36,062 nucleotides of DNA from Burkholderiales bacterium (GTDB lineage Bacteria; Pseudomonadota; Gammaproteobacteria; Burkholderiales; SG8-41), in contig SYEN01000232.1 of assembly GCA_005800795.1 (NCBI GenBank), positions 1 through 36,062 on the forward strand. Reading direction: 5' to 3'. Positions 16,448 to 25,645 of the stretch are shown in pieces (the first letter of the stretch is position 1; every line of letters begins with the position of its first letter). The position numbers were made by a program, and so were the translations under genes. The notes under the pieces were generated by a model. That model did no database searches. It was not told the origin of the DNA and saw only the letters and a program-made list of their open reading frames with translations.

Positions 16448-17473
16448 CTATTTGATCGCCAGCGGATTCACCGGCGACCCGACCGCGCCGGTGATCGGCA
16501 GCGCGGGCGCCACAAACAAAAACTCATAACGTTTATCCGCCGCGCAGTCCTTTGCCAATTCGGTGAGATTAAAAATCTCGCCGACGGTAAGGCCCATCAC
16601 CGGGATGCACACCCAGTGCCACGGCTGTGTGGTATCCGGCGTTTCGTTGGGCCGGACTTCGGCGCCCCAGGTGTCGGTGGCGACACCTGCGACTTCTTTT
16701 TTGTGCAGCCACGACACGGTTTCAAAGGCGAATCCTGGCGCGTCGCCGCCCGAATAGCCGTCCCAGCTTTTGCTGTCGAGGCAGCGCTGCACGTGCCCGG
16801 TATGCACCAGCAGAAAATCACCGCGCCCGACTTTCACACCCTGCTTTTGCTCGGTGTAGTCGAGTATCTCGTTGGTGATGGCAAAGCCATCGGGCAGATG
16901 TTTCTTGCCCATCGCACGCGCGACATCCAGCAACACGCCGCGCCCCACCATTTTTTCGGCGGTCTTTTCAATGCCCGCTTTCGCCGCACCCGCGCTGGAT
17001 ACATTGCGGCAGTCGTAGCCGTTCCACATGAAATTTTCGTAGAGGATGTGGCCGAGGCCGTCCCACTGTGTACCGCACTGCAGCGGCATGATGATAATGT
17101 CGTCGGTGCCGCGAATCTTGCGGTGATCGAGTATGCCCGAATACGCATCGGTACCGGTGCGTGTCATCAGGTGTATCGGATTGAAGCGCCCGAGCGCCGG
17201 GTAGTTGCTTTTCGCGCCCTGCGGGCCGTTGTTGTCGTACTTCAGCGCCAGCGACATCACCTTGCCTTTTTTCACCAGCTTCGCCGCCGCGACGATGTGA
17301 TCGGCGGTGGTGAAATTCAGCGTGCCGATTTCGTCATCTTTTCCCCAGCGGCCCCAGTTTTTGTATTTCTTCGCGGCGGCGTGTACGTCCTTGCGTGTCA
17401 GCTTGCGGTTTTTTTTGTCGAGCGTGGTGAATCCCCTGGGTGTCTTGAGCGCTTTTAGTACCTTGGCAGCCAT
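16448..17473 (-). CDS. Cyclase-family protein (putative formamidase/hydrolase)
   Basis: I prefer ATG 17473 (GGGAG SD) to the track start at 17512. The pattern WGKDDEIGTLN...GTQWDGLGH...LLVHTG resembles the putative cyclase (kynurenine-formamidase-like) family. Confidence 0.6.
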   Translation of the reverse strand: MAAKVLKALKTPRGFTTLDKKNRKLTRKDVHAAAKKYKNWGRWGKDDEIGTLNFTTADHIVAAAKLVKKGKVMSLALKYDNNGPQGAKSNYPALGRFNPIHLMTRTGTDAYSGILDHRKIRGTDDIIIMPLQCGTQWDGLGHILYENFMWNGYDCRNVSSAGAAKAGIEKTAEKMVGRGVLLDVARAMGKKHLPDGFAITNEILDYTEQKQGVKVGRGDFLLVHTGHVQRCLDSKSWDGYSGGDAPGFAFETVSWLHKKEVAGVATDTWGAEVRPNETPDTTQPWHWVCIPVMGLTVGEIFNLTELAKDCAADKRYEFLFVAPALPITGAVGSPVNPLAIK

Positions 17474-17634
17474 ATTTCTGCTCCCTCGAAAAAAATAGTC
17501 GGAATGATTCAAGGCAGTCTATCGGCAGCCCGTGGCACGGTCAACGCGCATTCAACGTCGGCGGCTCGCTGCACAACCGCCCCGCATGGTTCATAATCCG
17601 CCCTCCGCGTACGCGGCCCACAAAAAGTCCCAAC

Positions 17635-19089
17635 ATGAGCGAAACCACCACCTACGACGCCGTGCCTTACGAGTCCTTTCCATTCGCGCAATCTCATCCC
17701 GCGCGCATGAGCGGCATGGCCAAACTGTTTGGTCTGCCGGCGACGAACCTGGCCACCGCGCGCGTGCTGGAGCTCGGCTGCTCGTTCGGCGGCAATCTAC
17801 TGCCGATGGCGGTGCAGTGTCCCGGCGCACAGTTTACAGGCGTTGATTTGTCACAAGTGCAGATCGACTACGCCAACAAAATCAAGAGCGAACTTGGCGT
17901 CACCAACATCACCTTTCGCCAGGCGAACATTCTCGATCTGGCTAAGGAAACCGCGCAGTACGATTACATCATCACCCACGGCGTGTACAGCTGGATTCCA
18001 CCGGAGGTACAAAGTGCGATGCTTGACCTCTACGGCAAACAGCTTGCGCCCAACGGCGTGGGTTACATCAGCTACAACGTGTACCCCGGCTGGAAAATGC
18101 GTGAAGTGGTGCGCGAAATGATGCTGTTTCACGTCGGCCATCTGAAAGATCACACCACCAAGCTCGCGCAGGCGCGTGCCATCCTGCAATACGCAGGCAA
18201 GTTACACGCCAACAACCAGGCAGCGTTCGGGCGGCTGATGGCGGAGGAAGCCAATCTCCTGATGCGCTGCTCGGACAGCTACATCTATCACGAGCATCTC
18301 GAAGCCAATAACCGACCCTGTTATTTTCATGAGTTCGTCGGTGCGACAGCAAAACATGGCCTGTCGTATCTGGGCGAATCGTCGCTGTCGGACATGCTGC
18401 CCGACCGCCATGGCGCAGATCTGGCCAACACTGCGCGGCAGATTTCCGATGGCAACATCATTGCCTGCGAGCAATATGTGGATTTGTTGACCAACCGCGC
18501 GTTTCGGCAAACGCTGTTGATTCGCGCCGACCGTGCGGCGTCGGTGCAGCGCGCGCTGTCACCGGCAAGCTTTCGTGATCTGCATGTCAGCGTGCAATTG
18601 AAGCCCGCCACAGTCGAGCCGCAGTTACAAACTACCAAGACACCGCAGCCAGTGGCGCACGCGGTATATTCAGACGTACACGGTCGCCAGATCAACGCCA
18701 ACCAGCCGCACGCCAAAGTGATGATCGACACCCTGGTGGCGGCCAGCCCCTATAGCATTCCGTTCACACAGGCCGTGCAGGCCGTTGCCGCCTACGCGCA
18801 GTCTGCGGGGCTTCAACTGGACGCCGCGACGTACGTCTCATCTGAGCTGGCGGTGTTGCTGGGCCAGGGTGTCGCCACCCTGTTCGGCGAAGCCCAATCG
18901 CGGCCCGCGGCTGATGCCGCAAGAATCGCGCCTTACGCGCGATGGCACGCCGCACGTGGCAACGTTGTCACCAACGCGCTGCACGGGCTAGTACAACTCA
19001 CGCCGGAGCAGGCGCAGGCTGTCAAATCGGGCACGCCCGCTTCCGCCGCACAACAGGCCGAGTTGATGACACTTGGCTTGATGGTCTGA
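17635..19089 (+). CDS. Class I SAM-dependent methyltransferase with a long C-terminal regulatory-type domain
   Basis: AdoMet motif VLELGCSFGGN, then YDYIITHGVYSWI, then a ~300-aa C-terminal extension. The architecture resembles the family that includes the rickettsial protein-lysine methyltransferases. Confidence 0.7.
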   Translation: MSETTTYDAVPYESFPFAQSHPARMSGMAKLFGLPATNLATARVLELGCSFGGNLLPMAVQCPGAQFTGVDLSQVQIDYANKIKSELGVTNITFRQANILDLAKETAQYDYIITHGVYSWIPPEVQSAMLDLYGKQLAPNGVGYISYNVYPGWKMREVVREMMLFHVGHLKDHTTKLAQARAILQYAGKLHANNQAAFGRLMAEEANLLMRCSDSYIYHEHLEANNRPCYFHEFVGATAKHGLSYLGESSLSDMLPDRHGADLANTARQISDGNIIACEQYVDLLTNRAFRQTLLIRADRAASVQRALSPASFRDLHVSVQLKPATVEPQLQTTKTPQPVAHAVYSDVHGRQINANQPHAKVMIDTLVAASPYSIPFTQAVQAVAAYAQSAGLQLDAATYVSSELAVLLGQGVATLFGEAQSRPAADAARIAPYARWHAARGNVVTNALHGLVQLTPEQAQAVKSGTPASAAQQAELMTLGLMV

Positions 19090-19145
19090 TTGGACTGGTT
19101 GGTCTGTTTGGCCCGACGCATCTACTACATTTTGGAAAGGCAATC

Positions 19146-19826
19146 ATGGCAGCATCGCACAGCAGCCCCCCGCAAACCCTGGAAAGCGATCTGGAAGTCA
19201 GCCCCGGCGATTGGCCGGCGCAGGAGCTTTATCATCTGATGACCGCACTGGTGGTGCCGCGCCCGATCGGCTGGATTTCAACGATTTCCGCCAAAGGTGT
19301 GAGCAACGTTGCCCCTTATTCGTATTTCAACATGATGGGCAATGACCCGCCTTACGTGGCTTTTGCCTCCACCGGTGTGAAGGACAGCCTGCGCAATCTG
19401 CGCGAGGTGCCGCAGTTCGTCGCCAACATCGTCACCATGCACGTGCTGGAGGAAATGAATTTCACTGCAACGGATTTCCCGCCCGACGAAAGCGAGTTCG
19501 GCTGGGCGCAGCTGACCGCCGTGCCGTCGGCTAAAGTGAAGCCATTTCGCGTCAAGGAAGCGCGTGCGCACATCGAGTGCGAAGTGAAGCAAATCATCAC
19601 CGATCACAATACCAACATCATCCTTGGGCGCATCGTGCATACGCATGTCTCCCCCGGCGTGTGGAAAAATGGCCGCATTGATCCGCGGCTGCTCGATCCG
19701 GTATGCCGTTTGTCCGGCTCGGGGTACGCGCAGTTGGGCGAGCTGATCAACGTGCAGCGGCAGTCGTGGACAGATATCAAAAACACCCAGGGCAAGTCGG
19801 CAATGGCGAAGGCGGTCAAGCGCTGA
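19146..19826 (+). CDS. Flavin reductase-like (FMN-binding split-barrel) protein
   Basis: The family pattern starts after ATG 19146 (LYHLMTALVVPRPIGWISTIS...NVAPYSYFN). The track ORF start at 18942 overlaps the preceding gene and its extension is Arg-rich junk. Confidence 0.75.
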   Translation: MAASHSSPPQTLESDLEVSPGDWPAQELYHLMTALVVPRPIGWISTISAKGVSNVAPYSYFNMMGNDPPYVAFASTGVKDSLRNLREVPQFVANIVTMHVLEEMNFTATDFPPDESEFGWAQLTAVPSAKVKPFRVKEARAHIECEVKQIITDHNTNIILGRIVHTHVSPGVWKNGRIDPRLLDPVCRLSGSGYAQLGELINVQRQSWTDIKNTQGKSAMAKAVKR

Positions 19827-19865
19827 CGTTCTAGGCCGGATTTTCGGGCAACAATAAGAAATACT

Positions 19866-19893
19866 TTAAGTATTTGTTTTATAACACTTTTTT
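19866..19893 (+). repeat. AT-rich motif family, copy e
   Basis: ttaagtatttgttttataacactttttt ends 10 nt upstream of the Bug gene ATG at 19904, in the same orientation. Confidence 0.6.
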
Positions 19894-19903
19894 GGATATT
19901 GTT

Positions 19904-20899
19904 ATGTGTAATACCCAACGCATCACCCGCACAATGGCCGTTGCAGCGCTGGGTCTGCTGGCCGTCCTGGCGGCCGCTCCCGCTACCGTTAAAGCAGCCG
20001 AACCTTACCCCAACAAACCGGCACGGCTGATTCTGCCGTTCGGCGCCGGCGCCTCAACCGACATCATCGGCCGCATCTTCGCGCAGCGTTTCGGCGAGAT
20101 GTGGGGTCACCAAGTCATCGTTGATAATCGCCCTGGTGCGGGTGGAATCATGGGCACCGAAATGGCGGCACGCGCCACGCCCGACGGCTACACGCTGTTC
20201 ACCTACGGCATCAACCAGACCATCACGCCGCACCTGCACAAGAAGCTGTCGTACGACGTGCTGCGTGATTTTGTGCCGGTGTCGCTCTATGCCACCATGC
20301 CCAACATTTTGTGCGTGAACCTCAACCTGCCCGTCAACACGGTCAGCGAATTCATCAAGCACGCGAAGGCCCATCCGGGAAAACTGCGTTACGCCTCTTC
20401 GGGCATCGGGGCGACGCCGCACCTCACCATGGCGCTGTTCGCCACCGTGACCGGGCTCGATATGATTCACGTGCCGTACAAGGTGGCCTCGCAGGGCTAC
20501 ACCGATACCATCGCCGGCGAGATTCAAACATTCTTCTTCAACCTGCCCGGACCCCTGCCGTTCGTGAAGGCCGGCAGGCTGCGCGCCATTGCTGTGACAT
20601 CCGGCAAGCGTGCCGAGCAAGTGCCCAATGTGCCCACCATCATCGAATCCGGCGTTCCCGATTTCGAAGTCACCGTGTGGCAGGGCTATGCCATGCCCAA
20701 GGGTGTGTCGCCCGCACAACTCAAAAGCGTGCATGCCGCGATGATGAAAGCGCTTGCCGTGCCCGACCTGAAAACACGCTTTTTCGATAACGGTGTGGCC
20801 GCCGCGCCGCAGACGCCCGAGGAGTTCGGTAACTTCATCCGCAAGGAGTATGCGCGCTGGGGCAAGGCCATCGCGGTGTCCAACGTCAAGGTCGAATAA
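19904..20899 (+). CDS. Bug-family (TctC-like) periplasmic substrate-binding protein
   Basis: Signal peptide (AVAALGLLAVLAAAPATVKA), then PARLILPFGAGASTDIIGR...VDNRPGAGG. The start is ATG 19904 or 19934; the track start at 19874 is less likely. Confidence 0.8.
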   Translation: MCNTQRITRTMAVAALGLLAVLAAAPATVKAAEPYPNKPARLILPFGAGASTDIIGRIFAQRFGEMWGHQVIVDNRPGAGGIMGTEMAARATPDGYTLFTYGINQTITPHLHKKLSYDVLRDFVPVSLYATMPNILCVNLNLPVNTVSEFIKHAKAHPGKLRYASSGIGATPHLTMALFATVTGLDMIHVPYKVASQGYTDTIAGEIQTFFFNLPGPLPFVKAGRLRAIAVTSGKRAEQVPNVPTIIESGVPDFEVTVWQGYAMPKGVSPAQLKSVHAAMMKALAVPDLKTRFFDNGVAAAPQTPEEFGNFIRKEYARWGKAIAVSNVKVE

Positions 20900-20997
20900 C
20901 CGCCCCAGCAGCGCCAACGACATTGCCGCACGGCGGTTTTGAAACAGGATTACGCGTTGTGGGACAAGCTGATTAAAACACAGAGGTTTAAGCGCGG

Positions 20998-22024
20998 CTA
21001 ATTCGCCCCCAACAACGGCAACAGCCGCAGCGCATTATCGCGGTCTATCGCACGGTGCTCCACGGCGGTAAAGCGCTGATATTTTGCCAGTGCCTCGTTC
21101 ACCTCCTTGCCGTCGCGAAACGGGTAATCGGTGCCGTACAGAAATTGCGATACCGGCGCGATGTGCAGCAGCGCGTCCAGCGCACCAGGGTGGTTGCCTT
21201 GTGCCATGTCGTAGTAGAACTTGGCCAACTCGTGGCGAAATCCACTAGGCACTTTTTCCTTCATGCCTTTGGTGAAGTTTTCCTCACGCTCAAAACGCGA
21301 CACCAGAAACGGCGTGACGCCGCCGCTGTGCGAGAAAATCCATTTGATATCCGGGTAGCGCGCCACCGCTCCGTGAAACATCAGGCTCGCCATGGTGCGC
21401 GTGGTGTCCACCGCGTAACCTATGGTGCTGCCCACCACGCCACTGGGAATCTTGCCGCAGCATTGGGGCGACAGCGGGTGCGTGTAGACCACCGCCTTGC
21501 GGCGATTGAGTTCTTCGAGCACGGGCCAGAACATGGGATCGCCCAAGTAACGGCCACCGTAACTCGTCATCAGGCAAAAACCCTCCGCCTTCAAGGTATC
21601 CAGTGCATAGGCAATTTCAGCGAGGCTGCCTTCAGTGTCGGCAAAGGCAGAGAGGCAAAACTACCGAAGCGGCCCTTGTGCGTGCTGGCGAGCTTGGCCG
21701 CATGTTCGTTGGCTTCGCGCGCCATTTTGCGGCGCTGCGCGTCGTCGCCCACCGTCATCGCCGGCTGGATCAACGACAGCAGCGACGTTTGGATGCCGCT
21801 TTTATCCAAGTCATCAAGCGACATTTGCACCGACCACTTCGCGTGGCCCTGCCCCATTTGCTTGAGCGACGAAGAATAGCCGGGCGAGACAAAAGATGAT
21901 GCACGTCGATACGCCGCCCCGGCACAGTGCCCCCGCCATCGGTGGACGCGCACCCCGGCAACCACGCACTCGTACCCAACGCCGCCATGCCCTCCAGAAA
22001 TCCCCGCCGATTCAGTTCGCTCAT
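20998..22024 (-). pseudogene. Amidohydrolase-2-family gene with a Tat/lipobox leader, broken by two 1-nt frameshifts
   Basis: Three consecutive minus-strand ORF pieces (22024-21770, 21965-21591, 21594-20998) read as one protein if one nt is restored near 21894-21897 (IDVHH[H]FVSPGY) and one near 21637-21641 (LPLP[D][19 protein letters not shown]). The leader is MSELNRRGFLEG...WLPGC. Confidence 0.7.
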
Positions 22025-22050
22025 GCCGCTGCCTCCTCTGTTTAATTATT

Positions 22051-22073
22051 ATTTAAAAACACATACTTACGTC
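22051..22073 (-). repeat. AT-rich motif family, copy f
   Basis: The reverse complement GACGTAAGTATGTGTTTTTAAAT lies about 30 nt upstream of the RBS and ATG of the frameshifted amidohydrolase, in the same orientation. Confidence 0.55.
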
Positions 22074-22082
22074 AATATCGCA

Positions 22083-23675
22083 CTACGTCCCCCGCAATGC
22101 CGCCGCCGCCATTTCACGCAGCTTCGCCTTCTGAATCTTGTTGCCGTTAGCGCTGGGCGTAAAAGGAAATTCAGCAATGGGCAGCACATGCTGCGGCACT
22201 TTGTAATTCGCCACCCGCTGTTTGCAATGCGCGATCAGCTCGGCCTCGTCCACCGCTGCGCCGGCTTTCGGCAGCACGAACGCCACCGGCATCGTCCCGC
22301 GCGGGCCATCGATGCCGACCACCTGGCTGACTGCCACGGATGGATGTGCATCCAGCACGGCTTCGATTTCCAGCGGGTTCACCAGAAAGCCCGACAGCCG
22401 CAATACGTCGCCCATGCGTGTAAGAAAAATAAACTCGTTATCCGCCAGCGTGTAACCGAGATCGCCGGTCTTGAACCAGCCGTCTTCGGTAAACGCCGCC
22501 TGCGTCGCCTCGGCGTTACCGAAGTAGCCCATCAACATGCTCGGGCCCTTGAACTCGAGTTCGCCGTGTTCGCCGTGCGCAAGAATCTTTCCGGTGTCGT
22601 TGCTGCGGGTGCGCACGCGCGTTGCGGCATTGATCAGCTTGCCACCCCCCATTTCACGTTGCTCCGGCGGCAAATCCACCGGGCGTAGCGAGAGCACCGC
22701 CTGCAATTCACTGGAGCCGTAAATGCCCATCAGCTTCAAGCCACGTTCTTGCGCCGGCCGCGCCTGCCCCGCGCGCACGCCCATCACCGCACGCACCGTC
22801 GGGTAGGGAATCTGCTCTTTCGACGCCGCGAGCAACTGCGCCACGATATCGCCAGTGGCCGGCAGATGCGTCACATGGTATTGCCTGATCGCCCACGCCG
22901 CCGCGTGCACCTCAAATGTGGTCAGCATCACCAGCAGCTTGCCGCCCGCGATTGGACACAGCGCGTGACTCATGCCAAAGGTGCCGCACATGGGCACCGT
23001 CAGCAGCGTCACCGCGCCCTCGTCACCATAGCCAAAACCGCGTGCGGCCTCGGCGGCATGGCCTGCAATCGACGCCTGATGATGCAGCACGAACTTTGGC
23101 AGCTTGGTAGTGCCCGAGGTGGTGAATATCAGGCAGCCCAGATCGGGGCGCGCGTGATCGTGGGGATACGGCGCGCACGCCGCCAGATCGGCATACCTTG
23201 TAACCGGCTTGCCGAGAGCCGTATGATCGACAATGGGATCGCCCGGCTCGCTGTAAGCCACAATCGCTTTTAAGTCCTTCAGTGCTGGCACGCCTGCATC
23301 ACGCAGAATGCCGTCGAAATCAATGCCGCGATAGCCCGGCCAGTAAATCAGCACCTTGGCGCCGGAGCGTCCGACAATATCGGCAATCTCGTTCGAACGA
23401 AAACGCGTGTTGACCGCCACCACAATGGCGCCCAGCCGCGCCGCCGCAAAAAAACACGCCGGCCAAGCGGGCACGTTGGGCAGCCACACCGCAACACGGT
23501 CGCCTTCACGCACCCCCAGATCATGCAAGCCTTGCGCCACCCGGCGGCTTTCTTCGTCCAGAGCGGCGGCGCTCACCGGCTGGTCGCGATCGACCAGCGC
23601 TATACCGCCCACCGCCACGCGGCGCGCCAGCAGTTCGGTCAGAGTTTGTGGATTGGCGTTATTGGTATTACTCAT
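22083..23675 (-). CDS. AMP-dependent acyl-CoA synthetase/ligase
   Basis: 530 aa. AMP-binding motifs IFTTSGTTKLPK, GYGSSE-type (IYGSSE) and TGDLGY. The start overlaps the pirin stop as ATGA. Confidence 0.85.
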   Translation of the reverse strand: MSNTNNANPQTLTELLARRVAVGGIALVDRDQPVSAAALDEESRRVAQGLHDLGVREGDRVAVWLPNVPAWPACFFAAARLGAIVVAVNTRFRSNEIADIVGRSGAKVLIYWPGYRGIDFDGILRDAGVPALKDLKAIVAYSEPGDPIVDHTALGKPVTRYADLAACAPYPHDHARPDLGCLIFTTSGTTKLPKFVLHHQASIAGHAAEAARGFGYGDEGAVTLLTVPMCGTFGMSHALCPIAGGKLLVMLTTFEVHAAAWAIRQYHVTHLPATGDIVAQLLAASKEQIPYPTVRAVMGVRAGQARPAQERGLKLMGIYGSSELQAVLSLRPVDLPPEQREMGGGKLINAATRVRTRSNDTGKILAHGEHGELEFKGPSMLMGYFGNAEATQAAFTEDGWFKTGDLGYTLADNEFIFLTRMGDVLRLSGFLVNPLEIEAVLDAHPSVAVSQVVGIDGPRGTMPVAFVLPKAGAAVDEAELIAHCKQRVANYKVPQHVLPIAEFPFTPSANGNKIQKAKLREMAAAALRGT

Positions 23676-24532
23676 GTTGTCAGGGTTCCATTCTGATAGT
23701 CGCGAATAGTCTGTTCGATTTCGTCACGCGTGTTCATAACAAAGGGGCCGTATTGCACCACCGGCTCCCGGATCGGCTTACCCGCCAGCAGCAAAAAGCG
23801 CGCCGGGACGTCGTCGGCCGCCACCGTAATCCGGTTACCCGGCGACAGTACGCCGCCGCATTGCGGTTTCAAGACGCGCACTTCATCGCCGGCACCGACC
23901 CGCAACGCGCCTTCGTAAAGATAAATAAACGCGCTGTAGTCTTCGGGCAGGCCGTAATGAAACAGCGAACCGTTGGGCAACTCCACGTCGAGATACAGCG
24001 GATCCGTCGAGCGCCCGGTAATCACGCCTTCAGTCTCCACCCCGGCAACATTGATCGAGCCCGCGATGATTCTCGCGGTGACGCCGTCGGCCAGTGTCAC
24101 CGTGGGAATTTCGTGCGGCTCGATATCGCGGTACCACGCCGGTTTCATCTTCTCGTTTGCGGGCAGGTTCACCCACAACTGAAAACCCCGCATGCGGCCT
24201 GCGGTCTGTTGCGGCATTTCGGAGTGGATAATGCCGCGCCCCGCCGTCATCCACTGCGCGCCGCCGCTTTTGAGATCGCCCTTGTTGCCCATGTGATCTT
24301 CGTGCAGCAAATGGCCATCGAGCATGTACGTCACGGTTTCAAAACCGCGATGCGGATGCGCGGGAAAGCCGGCGATGTAGTCATCCGGATTGTCGGTCGA
24401 AAACTCGTCGAGTATCAAAAACGGATCGACATAAAGGCCTCTCTGGCTGCCCAGGCTGCGCCGCAGCTTGACGCCTGCGCCATCCGAGGTGGGCACGGAA
24501 GGAATCACCTGCTGCAAGGTGCGTACGCTCAT
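23672..24532 (-). CDS. Pirin-family protein
   Basis: Cupin metal motif FPAHPHRGFETVTYML...HED, plus WMTAGRGIIHSEMP. I prefer ATG 24532 (GGAG SD overlapping the upstream stop) to the track start at 24640. Confidence 0.85.
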   Translation of the reverse strand: MSVRTLQQVIPSVPTSDGAGVKLRRSLGSQRGLYVDPFLILDEFSTDNPDDYIAGFPAHPHRGFETVTYMLDGHLLHEDHMGNKGDLKSGGAQWMTAGRGIIHSEMPQQTAGRMRGFQLWVNLPANEKMKPAWYRDIEPHEIPTVTLADGVTARIIAGSINVAGVETEGVITGRSTDPLYLDVELPNGSLFHYGLPEDYSAFIYLYEGALRVGAGDEVRVLKPQCGGVLSPGNRITVAADDVPARFLLLAGKPIREPVVQYGPFVMNTRDEIEQTIRDYQNGTLTT

Positions 24533-24536
24533 AAAA

Positions 24537-25538
24537 TTACTCCGCCTTGATGCCCGCCGCGCGCGCGATGGTAGTGAAGCTCGCAATTTCACCCGCGATG
24601 ATTGTGTCGAACTCCGCTGGACCAGTCGGTTTGGGCTCAAGGCCTATCGGCAGCCAGCGTTGTTTCACGTCGGCATCGGAAAGTATGCGGCGTATCTCGC
24701 TGTTCAATTTGCTGACAATGGCCTTGGGCACCTGCGCCGAAGTCAACATGCCGAACCACAAGTCGGCGGTGAAGCCGGGCAACCCCGCCTCGGACAAAGT
24801 GGGCATGTCGGGAATCAGCGCGTCACGCTGCGCGGACGACACGCCCAGGCCAATGACGCGGCCTTCCTTCACCATATTGAGCGCGCTGGCGATGGGCGAC
24901 ATGAACAATTGCACACGCCCGCTGATGGTTTCGGTCAATGCCTCCGGTATCCCCTTGAACGGCACATGCACCAGGTTGATTCCGGCGGCTGCCTTGAACT
25001 GCTCGGCAGCGAAATGCGAGCCGCTGCCCACGCCCGCCGAGGAAAAATTCAATTGACCCGGTTTGGCTTTCGCCACGGTCAGCAGGTCTTTCAATGTTTT
25101 CACACCCAGCGCGGGTGCGGCGACCAACACATATTTTGACACGGCGGTTTGCGTGATACCCGACAGATCCTTGCGCGTGTCGTACGGCAGCTTCGCGTAA
25201 ATGGCCGCCGCCACCGCATGGGCCGTGGACACCGACAGCAGCGTGTGGCCGTCTGGATTGGCAGTCGCCACCAGATTCGCGCCCACCGTGCCGCCTGCGC
25301 CAGGCCGGTTATCGACGATCACCTGCTGCTTCCAGGATTCAGTCAGCTTTTGTGCGACGTAGCGCGCGGTGATATCCGGTCCGCCGCCGGGCGTAAAGCC
25401 GATGATGATGCGGATGGGCTTGCGTGGATAGTCGGATTCCACGGGTTGCGCGGCCGCGCTCGCATTGATACTCGCGCTCACGCTTGCAAACGCTACTATT
25501 GTTATGCCCGAAAGAATCCTGAATTTGTCGCGGCTCAT
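24537..25538 (-). CDS. Bug-family (TctC-like) periplasmic substrate-binding protein
   Basis: Signal peptide, then PIRIIIGFTPGGGPDITAR...VDNRPGAGG...PFKG. Confidence 0.85.
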   Translation of the reverse strand: MSRDKFRILSGITIVAFASVSASINASAAAQPVESDYPRKPIRIIIGFTPGGGPDITARYVAQKLTESWKQQVIVDNRPGAGGTVGANLVATANPDGHTLLSVSTAHAVAAAIYAKLPYDTRKDLSGITQTAVSKYVLVAAPALGVKTLKDLLTVAKAKPGQLNFSSAGVGSGSHFAAEQFKAAAGINLVHVPFKGIPEALTETISGRVQLFMSPIASALNMVKEGRVIGLGVSSAQRDALIPDMPTLSEAGLPGFTADLWFGMLTSAQVPKAIVSKLNSEIRRILSDADVKQRWLPIGLEPKPTGPAEFDTIIAGEIASFTTIARAAGIKAE

Positions 25539-25645
25539 TGGCGCTCGATTCTCTGTGATGTCGTGAATATTATCATTCGTGCAGCGGCCTCAGCGCACTT
25601 GGCTGGCCGCGTACCACGGACAGGCGCGGCTATAATCGATGGGCC

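Noticed and set aside
16445-17458. 337-aa plus-strand ORF
   Set aside because: It is a shadow ORF antisense to the cyclase-family gene. It has no recognisable motifs and an Arg-rich composition.
18942-19145. N-terminal extension of the flavin reductase ORF; likewise 24533-24640 for pirin, 15247-15279 for the Bug gene, 17474-17512 for the cyclase gene and 35314-35343 for the LutA-like gene
   Set aside because: The extensions overlap the preceding genes, lack family similarity and have no RBS. In each case an internal ATG has a good SD.
20054-20923. 289-aa minus-strand ORF; the same reasoning applies to 21055-21879(+), 23648-24550(+), 32172-32873(+), 33502-34209(+), 8074-8838(+) and 5588-6418(-)
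   Set aside because: All are antisense shadow ORFs over well-supported genes and show no family signatures.
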